A DNA stretch of 64,000 bases from an uncultured Holophagaceae bacterium (GTDB taxonomy: Bacteria; Acidobacteriota; Holophagae; Holophagales; Holophagaceae), in assembly GCA_903843705.1 (NCBI GenBank), contig CAIMQW010000277.1, positions 10,091-74,090 on the forward strand, given 5' to 3'. The position numbers were made by a program, and so were the translations under genes. This document shows, one piece after another, positions 1 to 9,190 of this stretch. The stretch's first letter is position 1; every line of letters starts with the position of its first letter. The notes beneath the pieces are model-generated. The model was not told where the DNA came from. It did no database searches and was given only the letters and a program-made list of their open reading frames with translations.

Positions 1-1284
1 AGTATCCGGCAGCGGTATCGGGTAGGTGCGGGCCTCCTTGCTGGCATCGTTCAGGGTAATCAGGAGGGCATAGGCCTCCGGCGACGCTGCCTGGGCCTCG
101 TCACGCTTGGAGGAGCCCAGCGCGGTGTCCAGCCGGTTGAAGGCGAGGATGCTCTGGTTCAGCAGCACCTCCATTTTCGGGGCCACGGACTGGGCCTGCT
201 CGAAGGCCTGCTGGGCGCCAGCCACATCGCCGGTCTGGAATTTCGCGACGCCCAGGTTGTTCAGCACCTCGGCCTGCTCGGGATGGCGACCCACCAGGCT
301 GCGGAAACTGGCCTCAGCAGCTGTCCATTCCTGGTTCTGCAGCTGCGCCCAGCCAGCGAGGAACACCTGGTCTGCCGGCGCCTGGAGGCGAAGGGTCGCC
401 GGAGAGACCGGGTAGACCTGGGGCTGCAACTGCAGGGTCAGCAGGCTGGGCTGGGGCTCCCGGGCGGCCCAGGGTTCGAGGGCGGCGAGGGCTGGATGCA
501 CCAACTGGAACACCAGGATGAAGGCGGTGACGCGGACTTCCGCAGGCAGCAGGAAAGGGGCTAGGAGGAACAGCCATAGGAAGGCCGCCACCATCGGATC
601 GAGGCCCAGAAGCACCGGCCCTGCCAGGATGAGGGCTCCCACCACGGCGGCGAGGAAAGCTGGAATTCGCCGACGCCGCAGACCCTCTTCCCAGAGGTTT
701 CTGAGGGCGTTGCGGTAGCGGAGTCCCATGGTGAGCGCCCACCCCCAGAGCAGCAGCGTCGCGGCCAGGCGAAGCATGCCCAGGTGCTGGACGAGCCAGA
801 GCCAGCGGTGCACCGGATGCTCGACGCGAAGTCGGGTGAGGCGGAGCAGGTCCGGGAAGCTCCAGAGCCAGCCCTGGAGGCCCTGCCGCCGCATGAGGAC
901 GATGCGGGTTCCCAGCAGGGTGGGATGGTCGGGCGCCCAGCGTTCCACCGCCTGGAGCCCCTCCAAGCCCAACGAAGCCTTGCCTGCCAGGCCCTGCTGG
1001 CGGGCCCAGAAGGCCATGGCCTCGACCAGGGGCGACATGTCCATGGTCGAGTAGCTGCGACGCAGCGCTTCCACTTCCAGCTGGGCGGCACGGATGCCTT
1101 CCGGGTCGGTGGCGGCCACTGCATCCATGAGGTGCCGGGCCCGGTGGCTGAGCGCAACCGCCGGGAGGGTTTCCGCCGGGGAGGGGGCTGGCGCGCCGGC
1201 CCCTGCGGCCGCCAGGTCTGCCGCGGGAAAGAGGAACGCAGCCGCCACCAGGAGGGTGATCCGGATGCCTCGCTTGAGTCCCAT
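1..1284 (-). CDS. Membrane protein with TPR repeats (3' end beyond window edge)
   Basis: Not in the ORF track because it runs off the edge. ATG at 1284 with GGAGG RBS. Reads MGLKRGIRITLLVAAAFLF..., has several hydrophobic segments and TPR-like AEVLNNLGVAKFQTGDVAGAQQAFEQA; frame open to position 1. Confidence 0.8.
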   Translation of the reverse strand, partial: MGLKRGIRITLLVAAAFLFPAADLAAAGAGAPAPSPAETLPAVALSHRARHLMDAVAATDPEGIRAAQLEVEALRRSYSTMDMSPLVEAMAFWARQQGLAGKASLGLEGLQAVERWAPDHPTLLGTRIVLMRRQGLQGWLWSFPDLLRLTRLRVEHPVHRWLWLVQHLGMLRLAATLLLWGWALTMGLRYRNALRNLWEEGLRRRRIPAFLAAVVGALILAGPVLLGLDPMVAAFLWLFLLAPFLLPAEVRVTAFILVFQLVHPALAALEPWAAREPQPSLLTLQLQPQVYPVSPATLRLQAPADQVFLAGWAQLQNQEWTAAEASFRSLVGRHPEQAEVLNNLGVAKFQTGDVAGAQQAFEQAQSVAPKMEVLLNQSILAFNRLDTALGSSKRDEAQAASPEAYALLITLNDASKEARTYPIPLPDT

Positions 1285-1310
1285 GCCAACCCTCCTGCCT
1301 GGCCACTGCT

Positions 1311-1598
1311 TCATGATTTTGAGCCTGCAGTGGCTTCGGGCGCGGGCTTCAGGCCCATGGCACGCATCCTCAGCTGGTAGAGGATCTCCTCCAGCTCCGC
1401 CGACTCGCTCTCGCTGCGGGCGCCTTCCGTTTTCTCCTTGAGCACGCCAAGCAGATCGACGTAAAACCTCGCGGCGGCAGGATTCGCGGGCGGAACTTCC
1501 TTCATCATCGGGTGCGGCACGCCCATGGCGAGCAGGGCCTGCTCAGTCAGCAGGTGCATCAGAGCCGTCAAGGATGCCTCGGGCATGGCTGGGGTCAT
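1311..1598 (-). CDS. DUF1844-family small protein
   Basis: 95 aa; ALLAMG..P...AARFYVDLLGVLKEKTEG pattern typical of DUF1844. Confidence 0.75.
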   Translation of the reverse strand: MTPAMPEASLTALMHLLTEQALLAMGVPHPMMKEVPPANPAAARFYVDLLGVLKEKTEGARSESESAELEEILYQLRMRAMGLKPAPEATAGSKS

Positions 1599-1784
1599 GG
1601 GATACCTCGAACACTTTCAGGAGTTGTCTGGCGGGAAGCCTACCACAGCCCGAATTTTCCTGCACCCTCCACGTGAATACGTGACCTCTAGGGCCTAACT
1701 GCCAAGACAAAGCCGTCTTTTGACGAAAAGCACTCGGCGGGGACCGGGCCCTGTGAAACCATGGATGGGTTTGGAGGAAGACCC

Positions 1785-2807
1785 ATGCGACGCCTTATTT
1801 TAGCCCTCATGCTCCCCGCAGCCTGCCTTTCCGTGCAGGCCGAATCCACCGGCCGGATCTCCGGACAGATCCTTACCAAGGATGGGAAGCCCGTTCCCGG
1901 GATCAAAGTCAACCTCAAGCGGACCGACCGCAACTGGACCAAGGACCTGACCCCGGACAAGAACGGGAAATACCTCCAGGTGGGCCTGGAGCCCAAGGAA
2001 TTCGAACTCTCCATCACGGCTGAAGGCTATTCGGACTACAAAGAGCTCATCAAGATCCCTCTTGGCGATGTCCTGGTCAAGAATGTCACCATGCTGACGC
2101 AGGCCGAGTCCCGCACCAAGACCCTGGCCAGCGGCGGCACCCCTGCGAAGGCCGAGGATCCCGGGGCGGCCCTGGACTCCGAGGGCCGGGAAGCCTTCAA
2201 TCAGGCCATTCCTTTCTACAACGAGGGTAAATACGAGGACGCCCTGCCCCTGGTCGAGAAGGCCTACAAGATCCTCGGGGATGCCAAGGCGAAGCTCACA
2301 GACGAGACCGCCAAGGCGGAGCTGGACGCCCAGTTCCTCAAGATCGAGCGGGTCCTGGGCATCTGCCTGGCTCAGGCCGGTGCCGTCAAGGAAGCCGGCG
2401 AGCCCTACCTGCTCAAGGCCCTGGAGCGCAATCCCAAGGACGAGCGGGTGCTGAATGCCCTGATTGCGACCAGCAAGGCGAAGCAGGACAAGGCCGCCGA
2501 GACAAAGTACACCGCTGCCCTGGAAGTCATCCAGGGGCCCAACCCGGACGTGGTCTACAACAAGGGCGTAGAGGCCTTCAACAACGGGCACAGCAAGGAG
2601 GCCAAGGCCTACTTCCTGAAGGCCCTCGAGATTTCCGCCACCTACGCCGAAGCCCACTTCCTCCTGGCAATGGTGGAGTTCGGAGACAACAACCTCCGGG
2701 GCACCAAGCAGCACCTCGAGAAGTACATCGAACTGGCACCCACCGGGAAGAATGCCGCCACCGCCAAGGAAATGCTCAAGGATCCCTCGCTGAAGAAGAT
2801 CAAGTAG
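1785..2807 (+). CDS. Secreted protein, carboxypeptidase-regulatory-like beta domain plus TPR repeats
   Basis: GGAGG RBS before ATG 1785, signal peptide, GRISGQILTKDGKPVPG domain, C-terminal TPRs (YNKGVEAFN, AEAHFLLA). Confidence 0.85.
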   Translation: MRRLILALMLPAACLSVQAESTGRISGQILTKDGKPVPGIKVNLKRTDRNWTKDLTPDKNGKYLQVGLEPKEFELSITAEGYSDYKELIKIPLGDVLVKNVTMLTQAESRTKTLASGGTPAKAEDPGAALDSEGREAFNQAIPFYNEGKYEDALPLVEKAYKILGDAKAKLTDETAKAELDAQFLKIERVLGICLAQAGAVKEAGEPYLLKALERNPKDERVLNALIATSKAKQDKAAETKYTAALEVIQGPNPDVVYNKGVEAFNNGHSKEAKAYFLKALEISATYAEAHFLLAMVEFGDNNLRGTKQHLEKYIELAPTGKNAATAKEMLKDPSLKKIK

Positions 2808-2817
2808 GCGAGTGCTT

Positions 2818-2859
2818 TCCCTAAAGTCAGGGCCCCGATCGGGGCACTGACTTTAGGGA
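2818..2859. terminator. Long hairpin between convergent genes (probable bidirectional terminator)
   Basis: TCCCTAAAGTCAG-g-GCCCC-gatc-GGGGC-a-CTGACTTTAGGGA inverted repeat between two stop codons. Confidence 0.7.
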
Positions 2860-2870
2860 TCTGTAAGAAA

Positions 2871-3647
2871 CTAATTCAGTTCAAGGCTGATGGGACAGTG
2901 GTCCGAGCCCAGCACGTCCGCGTGGATGCGGGCGTCGGTCACGCGGGCCAGCAACGGGCGGCTGGCCAGGAAGAGGTCGATCCGCCAGCCCACGTTCCGC
3001 TCCCGGGCACCGCCCCGGGCGGTCCACCAGGTGTAGAGGCCCGGCTCGTCGGGATGCCGCTCGCGCAGCACATCCCCCAGGCCCGCCGCCAGGTAGAGTT
3101 GGAAGTCCTCCCGCTCCTCGGGCGTGAACCCGGGGCTCTTGGTGTTGTCCTTGGGCCGGGCCAGGTCGAGTTCCTCGGGGGCCACGTTCATATCGCCCAC
3201 CAGGATCACCTCGTCGCCCGCGGCATGGTGCTTGGCCACGACCGCTGCCAGATCTCTCGCAAACTGCCGCTTGAAGGGCAGGCGCACCAAGCCCGAGGAG
3301 GCGTTCGGGAAATACCCTGCGAGGAAGACCAGGTGGTCCTTCCGGGACACGATGATGCGGCCCTCGGCGTCGTAGGCCGGGATGCCCAGGCCTTTGACAT
3401 GGCTGAAGCCCAGCTCCTTCTTTGTGAGGGTGGCCGAGCCGGCGTAGCCCTTCTTGCTGGTGGCGGGGAACCAGCAGACGTCGTAGGCGCTCTCCAGCTG
3501 GCGGCGCACGTCTAGGTCCACCTCTTCCCACTCTGCGCGGATCTCCTGGAGCGAGAGCACGTCCGGCTCGGCCTCCTCCAGCCAGTCCATGAAGCCCTTC
3601 TTGAGGACCGACCGGAAGCCGTTCACGTTCCAGCTGTAGAATTTCAC
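2871..3647 (-). CDS. xth: Exodeoxyribonuclease III (AP endonuclease)
   Basis: SWNVNG, LQE, GDMN, YTWW, GWRID and SDHCP motifs. Confidence 0.95.
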   Translation of the reverse strand: MKFYSWNVNGFRSVLKKGFMDWLEEAEPDVLSLQEIRAEWEEVDLDVRRQLESAYDVCWFPATSKKGYAGSATLTKKELGFSHVKGLGIPAYDAEGRIIVSRKDHLVFLAGYFPNASSGLVRLPFKRQFARDLAAVVAKHHAAGDEVILVGDMNVAPEELDLARPKDNTKSPGFTPEEREDFQLYLAAGLGDVLRERHPDEPGLYTWWTARGGARERNVGWRIDLFLASRPLLARVTDARIHADVLGSDHCPISLELN

Positions 3648-3988
3648 AGGTCCTCCACAAAGCGGTCGAGCAGACGGTCGGTGCGCCAGCGCAGCAAGCC
3701 CAGCAACAGGAAGCCGCTCCAGCCCTTCAGGCGGCCTTCCAGCCGCAAGTGGGCACCCCGCTCATCGGGCCGGATCTGGATGGCCCCCTGCTCGAGGGCG
3801 CCGGTCCGGGAGCGCTCCCAGCGCAGGGTAAGGGTCTCGGCGGCCACATCCACGGGCAACCAGCCGCGGAACGCCTTCAGGCTACTCAGCTCGGCGGGGG
3901 AGGCCAGGCCCTGCAGCCGGGCGGCGATCTGCTCGAAGGGGGCATCCGTGAGGATCTCCGCCTCGAAGGTGAAGACCGGCTGCCTCAC
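3644..3988 (-). CDS. Hypothetical protein (possibly SRPBCC-like fold)
   Basis: 114 aa with 4-bp overlaps to both metG and xth, indicating translational coupling. Confidence 0.65.
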   Translation of the reverse strand: MRQPVFTFEAEILTDAPFEQIAARLQGLASPAELSSLKAFRGWLPVDVAAETLTLRWERSRTGALEQGAIQIRPDERGAHLRLEGRLKGWSGFLLLGLLRWRTDRLLDRFVEDL

Positions 3989-5886
3989 TTGACCAGGAAG
4001 CCGGGCTGGGCGTCGTCCGGCGGCGCCACCAGGTAGGGCTTGCTGGCGTTGTCGCTGGCGGCCAAGAGCATGCCGTGGCTCTCGATGCCCATGAGTTTGC
4101 GGGGCGCCAGGTTGGCCACCACCACCACCAGCCGGTTCAGCAGTTGGTCGGGCTCGTAAGCCTTGCCGATGCCGCCCACGATGGTGCGCTGCTCGATGCC
4201 GAGGTCCACCTTCATCTTGATCAGCTTGTCGCTCTTGGGGACGCGCTCGGCCTCAAGGATCCGGCCCACGCGAAGGTCCACCTTGAAGAAGCTCTCGGCG
4301 TCCACGGTCTCGCGGATCTCCGGAACGTCTAGGGTGGCCTTGGTCTCGATGGGGGCCTCGGCGGCCTCGAGTTCACTCATTTCCTTCTCCTTGTCAATGC
4401 GCTGGAACAGAGGCTTGGACTCGCCAATGGGACCGATGGCGGGACCGTCCAGGGCAAAGCCGTGGAAGGTCCGCGCCGCGACCTGATCGGCGTGGCCCAG
4501 GCTCTCCCATAGGCTCTGGGCCAGGGCCGGCATCACCGGGGCCACCAGCAGCGCTGTGGCGCGCAGGGCCCGGTAAAGGTTTGCCAGCACCGCGTCCAGC
4601 TTGGGATCGTTGGCAGGGTCCTTGGCCAGCTTCCAGGGCTCGGCCTTGACGATGTAGCCGTCCAGGGCGCGCAGGTAGGACCAGAGGGCGTCCAGGGCAG
4701 CGTGGAAGTCGTTGGCGCGGGCCTTCTCCAGATACTCCGGGAAGACCTCCAGCAGCCGGGTCGCCATCTCCTGGTCCTGCTCATCCGGAAGCGCCGGAAT
4801 GGGCACCAGGCCCCCGCGGTAGCGCTGGATCATGCTGAGGGTCCGCGAGGCCAGGTTGCCCAGCCCATTGGCCAGGTCGGCGTTGAGTCGGTCCATGAAG
4901 CCCTCGAAGGAGAAGCCACGGTCGTGGCCGACCTGCATCTCCCGCATGAAGAAGAAGCGCAGCGCATCGTTGCCGAAGCGCAGCAGGGTGTCCGGGCGGA
5001 CCACATTGCCCTTGCTCTTGGACATCTTGTCGTCGCCCATGAGCCACCAGCCGTGGGCCAGGATGGTCTCGGGCAGGAACATGCCCGCGGACATGAGGAA
5101 GGCAGGCCAGTAGACCGCGTGGAAGCGGAGGATGTCCTTGCCCACCAGCTGCAGGTCCGGGGGCCAGCAGTTGGCCGGGCAGGCCGAGAGGTAGTTCAGC
5201 AGCGCATCGAACCACACGTAGATGACGTGCTTCTCGTCGCCGGGCACCGGGATGCCCCAGCTGATGCTGGTGCGGCTGATGGACAGATCCTGAAGGCCGC
5301 CTTCCACGAAGCGCTTGACCTCGTTGAAGCGGAAGTCTGGCTGCACGAAGCCGGGGTGCGCCTCAAAGTAGGCCAGCAGCCGGTCCTGATAGGCGCTGAG
5401 CCGGAAGAAGTAGGTCTCCTCCTCCAGCTCCACCAGCTGGTGGGCCAGCCCCTGGGCCTGGAGCTCCTTGGCCTGCATCTCCGTCACATAGGCCTCGTCA
5501 CTGACCGAGTAGAGGCCCTTGTAGGTGGCCTTGTAGATATCGCCCTTGTCCAGCAGGCGCTGGAAGAGGCGCTGGACCTGCTCTTTGTGGTCCTGGTCCG
5601 TGGTGCGGATGAGGCGGAAGTGGGTCATGCCCATGCGCTGCCAGAGGTCCGTGTAGTTGGCCACGACCTCGTCCGCCAGCTGCTTGGGGGTGATGCCCCG
5701 GGCCGCCGCGGCCTTCTCCACCTTCTGCCCGTGCTCGTCGGTGCCTGTGAGGAAATAGACCTCTTCCCCGCGCATGCGGTGGAACCGGGCGACCACGTCC
5801 GCCAGCACCGTGGTGTAGGTGTGGCCGATGTGGGGCCGGTCGTTCACGTAGTAGATGGGGGTCGTAACGTAGAAGGGCTTGGACAC
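3985..5886 (-). CDS. metG: Methionine--tRNA ligase with C-terminal tRNA-binding domain
   Basis: YVTTPIYYVN, HIGH, TGTDEHGQK, YVWFDAL, KMSKS; C-terminal DLRVG...NLAPRKLMGIESHGMLL. Confidence 0.97.
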   Translation of the reverse strand: MSKPFYVTTPIYYVNDRPHIGHTYTTVLADVVARFHRMRGEEVYFLTGTDEHGQKVEKAAAARGITPKQLADEVVANYTDLWQRMGMTHFRLIRTTDQDHKEQVQRLFQRLLDKGDIYKATYKGLYSVSDEAYVTEMQAKELQAQGLAHQLVELEEETYFFRLSAYQDRLLAYFEAHPGFVQPDFRFNEVKRFVEGGLQDLSISRTSISWGIPVPGDEKHVIYVWFDALLNYLSACPANCWPPDLQLVGKDILRFHAVYWPAFLMSAGMFLPETILAHGWWLMGDDKMSKSKGNVVRPDTLLRFGNDALRFFFMREMQVGHDRGFSFEGFMDRLNADLANGLGNLASRTLSMIQRYRGGLVPIPALPDEQDQEMATRLLEVFPEYLEKARANDFHAALDALWSYLRALDGYIVKAEPWKLAKDPANDPKLDAVLANLYRALRATALLVAPVMPALAQSLWESLGHADQVAARTFHGFALDGPAIGPIGESKPLFQRIDKEKEMSELEAAEAPIETKATLDVPEIRETVDAESFFKVDLRVGRILEAERVPKSDKLIKMKVDLGIEQRTIVGGIGKAYEPDQLLNRLVVVVANLAPRKLMGIESHGMLLAASDNASKPYLVAPPDDAQPGFLVK

Positions 5887-5907
5887 ATGAGCTCCGAGCC
5901 TTTCAGT

Positions 5908-6498
5908 CTACCGGGCCGGAGCCTGCTCCGCGAGGCCGCGCCCCCGACGCTTCCAGCAGGTGGCCACATGATCGTCCACCAGGCCCATGGACTGGAGGTA
6001 GGCGTACATGATGGTGGACCCCACGAAGGTGAAGCCGCGCTTCCGCAGGTCCCGGCTCAGGGCCTCGGCCTCCGGAGACACTGCGGGGATGTCCACCAGG
6101 GTCTCCGGGTGATTGACCTGGGTCCTGCCACCCACGAAGGGCCAGAGATAGGCGTCGAAGCTGCCGAACTCGGCCTGGATCGCCAGGAAGGCCCGGGCGT
6201 TCTTCCGGGCCCCGAACACCTTGAGCCGGTTCCGCACGATGCCCGGGTCCAGGAGGATCGCCTCCAGCTCGGCGTCCGTGAGCGCCGCCACCTGCTGGAC
6301 ATCGAAGCCGTGGAACGCCCTACGGTAGGCCTCGCGCTTCCGGAGAATGGTGATCCAGCTGAGGCCGGCCTGGGCCCCTTCCAGCACCAGCTTCTCGAAG
6401 AGCCGCCGGTCGTCGTGGACCGGAACGCCCCACTCCTCGTCGTGGTAGGCCACATAGGTCGCATCCGTCCCACACCACCCGCATCGAGTCAGGGTCAT
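5908..6498 (-). CDS. tag: DNA-3-methyladenine glycosylase I
   Basis: RCGW, YHDEEWG, LEGAQAGLSW, IVRNRLK, DDHVATC. Confidence 0.95.
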   Translation of the reverse strand: MTLTRCGWCGTDATYVAYHDEEWGVPVHDDRRLFEKLVLEGAQAGLSWITILRKREAYRRAFHGFDVQQVAALTDAELEAILLDPGIVRNRLKVFGARKNARAFLAIQAEFGSFDAYLWPFVGGRTQVNHPETLVDIPAVSPEAEALSRDLRKRGFTFVGSTIMYAYLQSMGLVDDHVATCWKRRGRGLAEQAPAR

Positions 6499-6521
6499 CT
6501 CCCCTCCTTCGCCTTTCCTAA

Positions 6522-6556
6522 CGCAGAATCGGGCGGCCTAGCCGCCCGATTCTGCG
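6522..6556. repeat. Perfect 16-bp inverted repeat with 3-nt loop
   Basis: CGCAGAATCGGGCGGC-cta-GCCGCCCGATTCTGCG between co-oriented cyclophilin and tag genes. Confidence 0.85.
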
Positions 6557-6572
6557 CGGGGCGAATGCCCTG

Positions 6573-7040
6573 TTAGGCCTCAGTGACCGTAGCTTTGATG
6601 ATTCGATCATCGCCCCGGATAGCCTTGACCACGGCGATGTCAGCCTCGCCCACGCACTGGCCGAAGACCGTGTGGACGCCATCCAGGTGCTGGACGTTGC
6701 GGCGGTCGCCGTTCACCACGAAGAACTGGCTGCCACCGGTATTTTTGCCGGCATGGGCCATGGAGAGGGCGCCCAGCTGGTGCTGGTGGGGGTTGCCCGC
6801 GGTCTCACAGGGGATCTTCCAGCCCGGGCCGCCGGTGCCGGGATGCCCGGAGGCGCCCGCGCGGCTGTTGGGGCAGCCGCCCTGGATCATGAAGTCCGGG
6901 ATCACGCGGTGGAAGGCCAGGCCGTCGTAGAAGCCGGCCTCGATGAGCTTCACAAAGTTGGCCACGGTGCCCGGGGCCTCCTTGGAGAACAGCTCGATGT
7001 TGATGTCACCCTTGTCGGTCTGCAGCAGTGCTCGGGTCAT
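6573..7040 (-). CDS. Cyclophilin-type peptidyl-prolyl isomerase (cytoplasmic)
   Basis: [36 protein letters not shown]. Confidence 0.95.
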   Translation of the reverse strand: MTRALLQTDKGDINIELFSKEAPGTVANFVKLIEAGFYDGLAFHRVIPDFMIQGGCPNSRAGASGHPGTGGPGWKIPCETAGNPHQHQLGALSMAHAGKNTGGSQFFVVNGDRRNVQHLDGVHTVFGQCVGEADIAVVKAIRGDDRIIKATVTEA

Positions 7041-7121
7041 GGTCCACCTCTCATGGTCAATCTCCCAGGATAGGATCCCCTGCCCCGGCCGTCAGCAGGA
7101 AGTTCCTGGGGAGGCCAGGAC

Positions 7122-9014
7122 CTACTCCGCGAGAGGTTCCACGTGGTAGGGCACGGAAATGACGATGATCTTGGGCTTGCGCAACAGGGTTCCCTTAAGG
7201 CGCCAGGCCGTCTGGTTGTGCAGAACGTTCTCCAGCCAGTGGCCGGTCACGAACTCGGGCAGGATCACGGTGAGGGTGTATTCTGGCTCGACCATGCGCA
7301 TGCGATCCAGCTCCTGCACGATGGGCTCGACGACCTTGCGGAAGGGGCTGCGCAGTGAGCGGAGGGGAATGCCCTCGCAATACCGGGGCCAGTCCGCCCG
7401 CAGCTTTTCCAGGGCAGCGCTGTCCCGGCCGTGTTCATCCGGAAAGTCAATGGTCAGGGCCTCCACCTCGCCGTGCTCGGCGATCACCTTGGCGTAGTTG
7501 AGGGCCTGCACCACCCCCGCGTGGATGCCGGACACCAGCACCACGACGCGGTTCCGGCGGGGGCCGAAGTAGTCCACCCGGCTGGCGGCGAGGAGGGATT
7601 TGATGCGGATGTAGTGTCGGTGGATGGAGAAGAAGGTCACCACCATGACCGGCACGAGCACGATGACGATCCAGGCGCCGTGGGCAAAGCGCGTCACGGC
7701 GATGACCAGCATGACGATCAGGGTCGTCACGGCGCCGATGCCATTGACCGCGGCCTTCAGCTGCCAGCTCTTGCCCTTGAGGCGGAACCAGCGCAGGACC
7801 ATGCCGCTCTGGCTGATGGTGAAGCCTAGGAAGACCCCCACGGCGTAGAGGGGCAGCAGGTGGTCCTCCTTCGCCCCGAAGAGCAGGACGAGGATACCCG
7901 CTGCCAGGGAGAGAATGAAGATGCCGTTGGAGAACACCAGCCGATCCCCCTGGCTGGTGAACTGCCGGGGCAAGAAGCCGTCCCGGGCGTGCAGGGCCGC
8001 CAGTCGGGGGAAGTCCGCGTAGGCCGTGTTGGCAGCCAGGGCCAGGATGGCCATGGTGAAGCCCATGCTGGTGAGGTAGATGAACTTCGGCAGGCCGTGT
8101 TCGGCACCACCCAGGATGATGCGGGTCATCTGCGACAACAGAGTCTCCGGCGCGTCCGGCATGTAGGTCAGGCCGTAGTGGTTGGTCAGGTAGGTGATGC
8201 CGAGGAACATGGTGCCCAGCAACACCACCATCCAAGTCATGGTCTTGGAGGCATTGTGTGAGACCGGTTCCTTGAAGGCCGTGACGCCATTGCTGATGGC
8301 CTCCACCCCGGTCAGGGCCGTACAGCCGGCGCTGTAGGCCCGGGCCAGCAGCCAGAGGGCGGCCAGCTTCGAGGTGCCCTCCATGTGGACTGGTGCGGCG
8401 TGGGCGACGATCACCTCGTGCCCCGTGGCGACGTTCCAGAAGCCCTTGGCCAGGAGGCCCAGGATGCAGATCACGAAGCCGTAGGTGGGCAGGCTGAAGA
8501 TCAGCCCGCTCTCCTTCACGCCCCGGAGGTTCATGAGGCCGATGAACCCGATGATGGCCTCGGCGAGGAGAACGCGGTGGGCCTCCAGCCCTGGGAAGGC
8601 GGAGACGATGGCGGAGACGCCGGCTGACACGGACACGGCCACAGTCAGGATGTAGTCGATGAGCAGTGAGGCCCCTGCGGTCTGGGCCGCCACCTCGCCC
8701 AAGTTGTCCTTGGCCACCAGGTAGGCGCCGCCCCCGCTGGGGTAGGCGTGGATGGTCTGCCGGTAGCTCACATTCAGCACCAGCAGCAGGCCTACAATGC
8801 CGATGGCCACCCACCAGGACCAGCCCAGGACCCCGGCACCGAAGATCGCGATGGCCGCCGTGAGAGGCGCCATGATCTCCTGGGTGCCGTAGGCCACGGA
8901 CGACAGCGCGTCAGAGCTGAACACCGCCAGGGCGATGGGGTTGCTGATCCGGGTCTCGTGGCTCTCCTCGCTGGCGAGGCGGCGGCCAAGGAGGAGGGTG
9001 CGGAAGTTGGGCAT
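7122..9014 (-). CDS. kimA: APC-superfamily permease, KimA/YdaO-like K+ importer
   Basis: SSDALSSVAYGTQEI (B. subtilis KimA-like TM1), YPSGGGAY, LTGVEAISNGV, C-terminal cytoplasmic domain ending LHNQTA. Start chosen at ATG 9014. Confidence 0.8.
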   Translation of the reverse strand: MPNFRTLLLGRRLASEESHETRISNPIALAVFSSDALSSVAYGTQEIMAPLTAAIAIFGAGVLGWSWWVAIGIVGLLLVLNVSYRQTIHAYPSGGGAYLVAKDNLGEVAAQTAGASLLIDYILTVAVSVSAGVSAIVSAFPGLEAHRVLLAEAIIGFIGLMNLRGVKESGLIFSLPTYGFVICILGLLAKGFWNVATGHEVIVAHAAPVHMEGTSKLAALWLLARAYSAGCTALTGVEAISNGVTAFKEPVSHNASKTMTWMVVLLGTMFLGITYLTNHYGLTYMPDAPETLLSQMTRIILGGAEHGLPKFIYLTSMGFTMAILALAANTAYADFPRLAALHARDGFLPRQFTSQGDRLVFSNGIFILSLAAGILVLLFGAKEDHLLPLYAVGVFLGFTISQSGMVLRWFRLKGKSWQLKAAVNGIGAVTTLIVMLVIAVTRFAHGAWIVIVLVPVMVVTFFSIHRHYIRIKSLLAASRVDYFGPRRNRVVVLVSGIHAGVVQALNYAKVIAEHGEVEALTIDFPDEHGRDSAALEKLRADWPRYCEGIPLRSLRSPFRKVVEPIVQELDRMRMVEPEYTLTVILPEFVTGHWLENVLHNQTAWRLKGTLLRKPKIIVISVPYHVEPLAE

Positions 9015-9112
9015 GGGGTGGGCTTCCTGAGTGAGGGGTCTTGCACCCGTCCCAGACCCTCCAGTCATCTATTCACTGGAGCCAGGGCGGCCCCAAAGCA
9101 TGCTCAGAAGAG

Positions 9113-9132
9113 GCGTTAAGACGCCGTTAGGA
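9113..9132. promoter_or_regulatory. Putative KdpE (OmpR/PhoB-type) binding site
   Basis: Direct repeat CGTTAAGA (9114-9121) / CGTTAGGA (9125-9132), 11-bp period, in the divergent kimA-kdpD intergenic region. Confidence 0.55.
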
Positions 9133-9190
9133 TTCACGACCGCGCGGTTCAGGCCCACTCGATTGGCCTCAGCTGCGCTAGGCTGGCCCC

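Noticed and set aside
314-1306. Track ORFs 314-1306 and 561-1289 on the minus strand
   Set aside because: Wrong frames; the third frame from ATG 1284 has an RBS, a sensible protein and runs off the window.
4702-6576. Long antisense or alternate-frame ORFs (e.g. 4702-6576+, 23345-24901-, 54838-56241+, 7447-8814-)
   Set aside because: They shadow well-supported genes; stop-codon scarcity in high-GC DNA explains them and they carry no recognisable motifs.
9015-9190. c-di-AMP (ydaO) riboswitch upstream of kimA
   Set aside because: Conserved GCTGAA / GGAACCG-type elements and a terminator are not visible, and the spacer is shared with kdpD.
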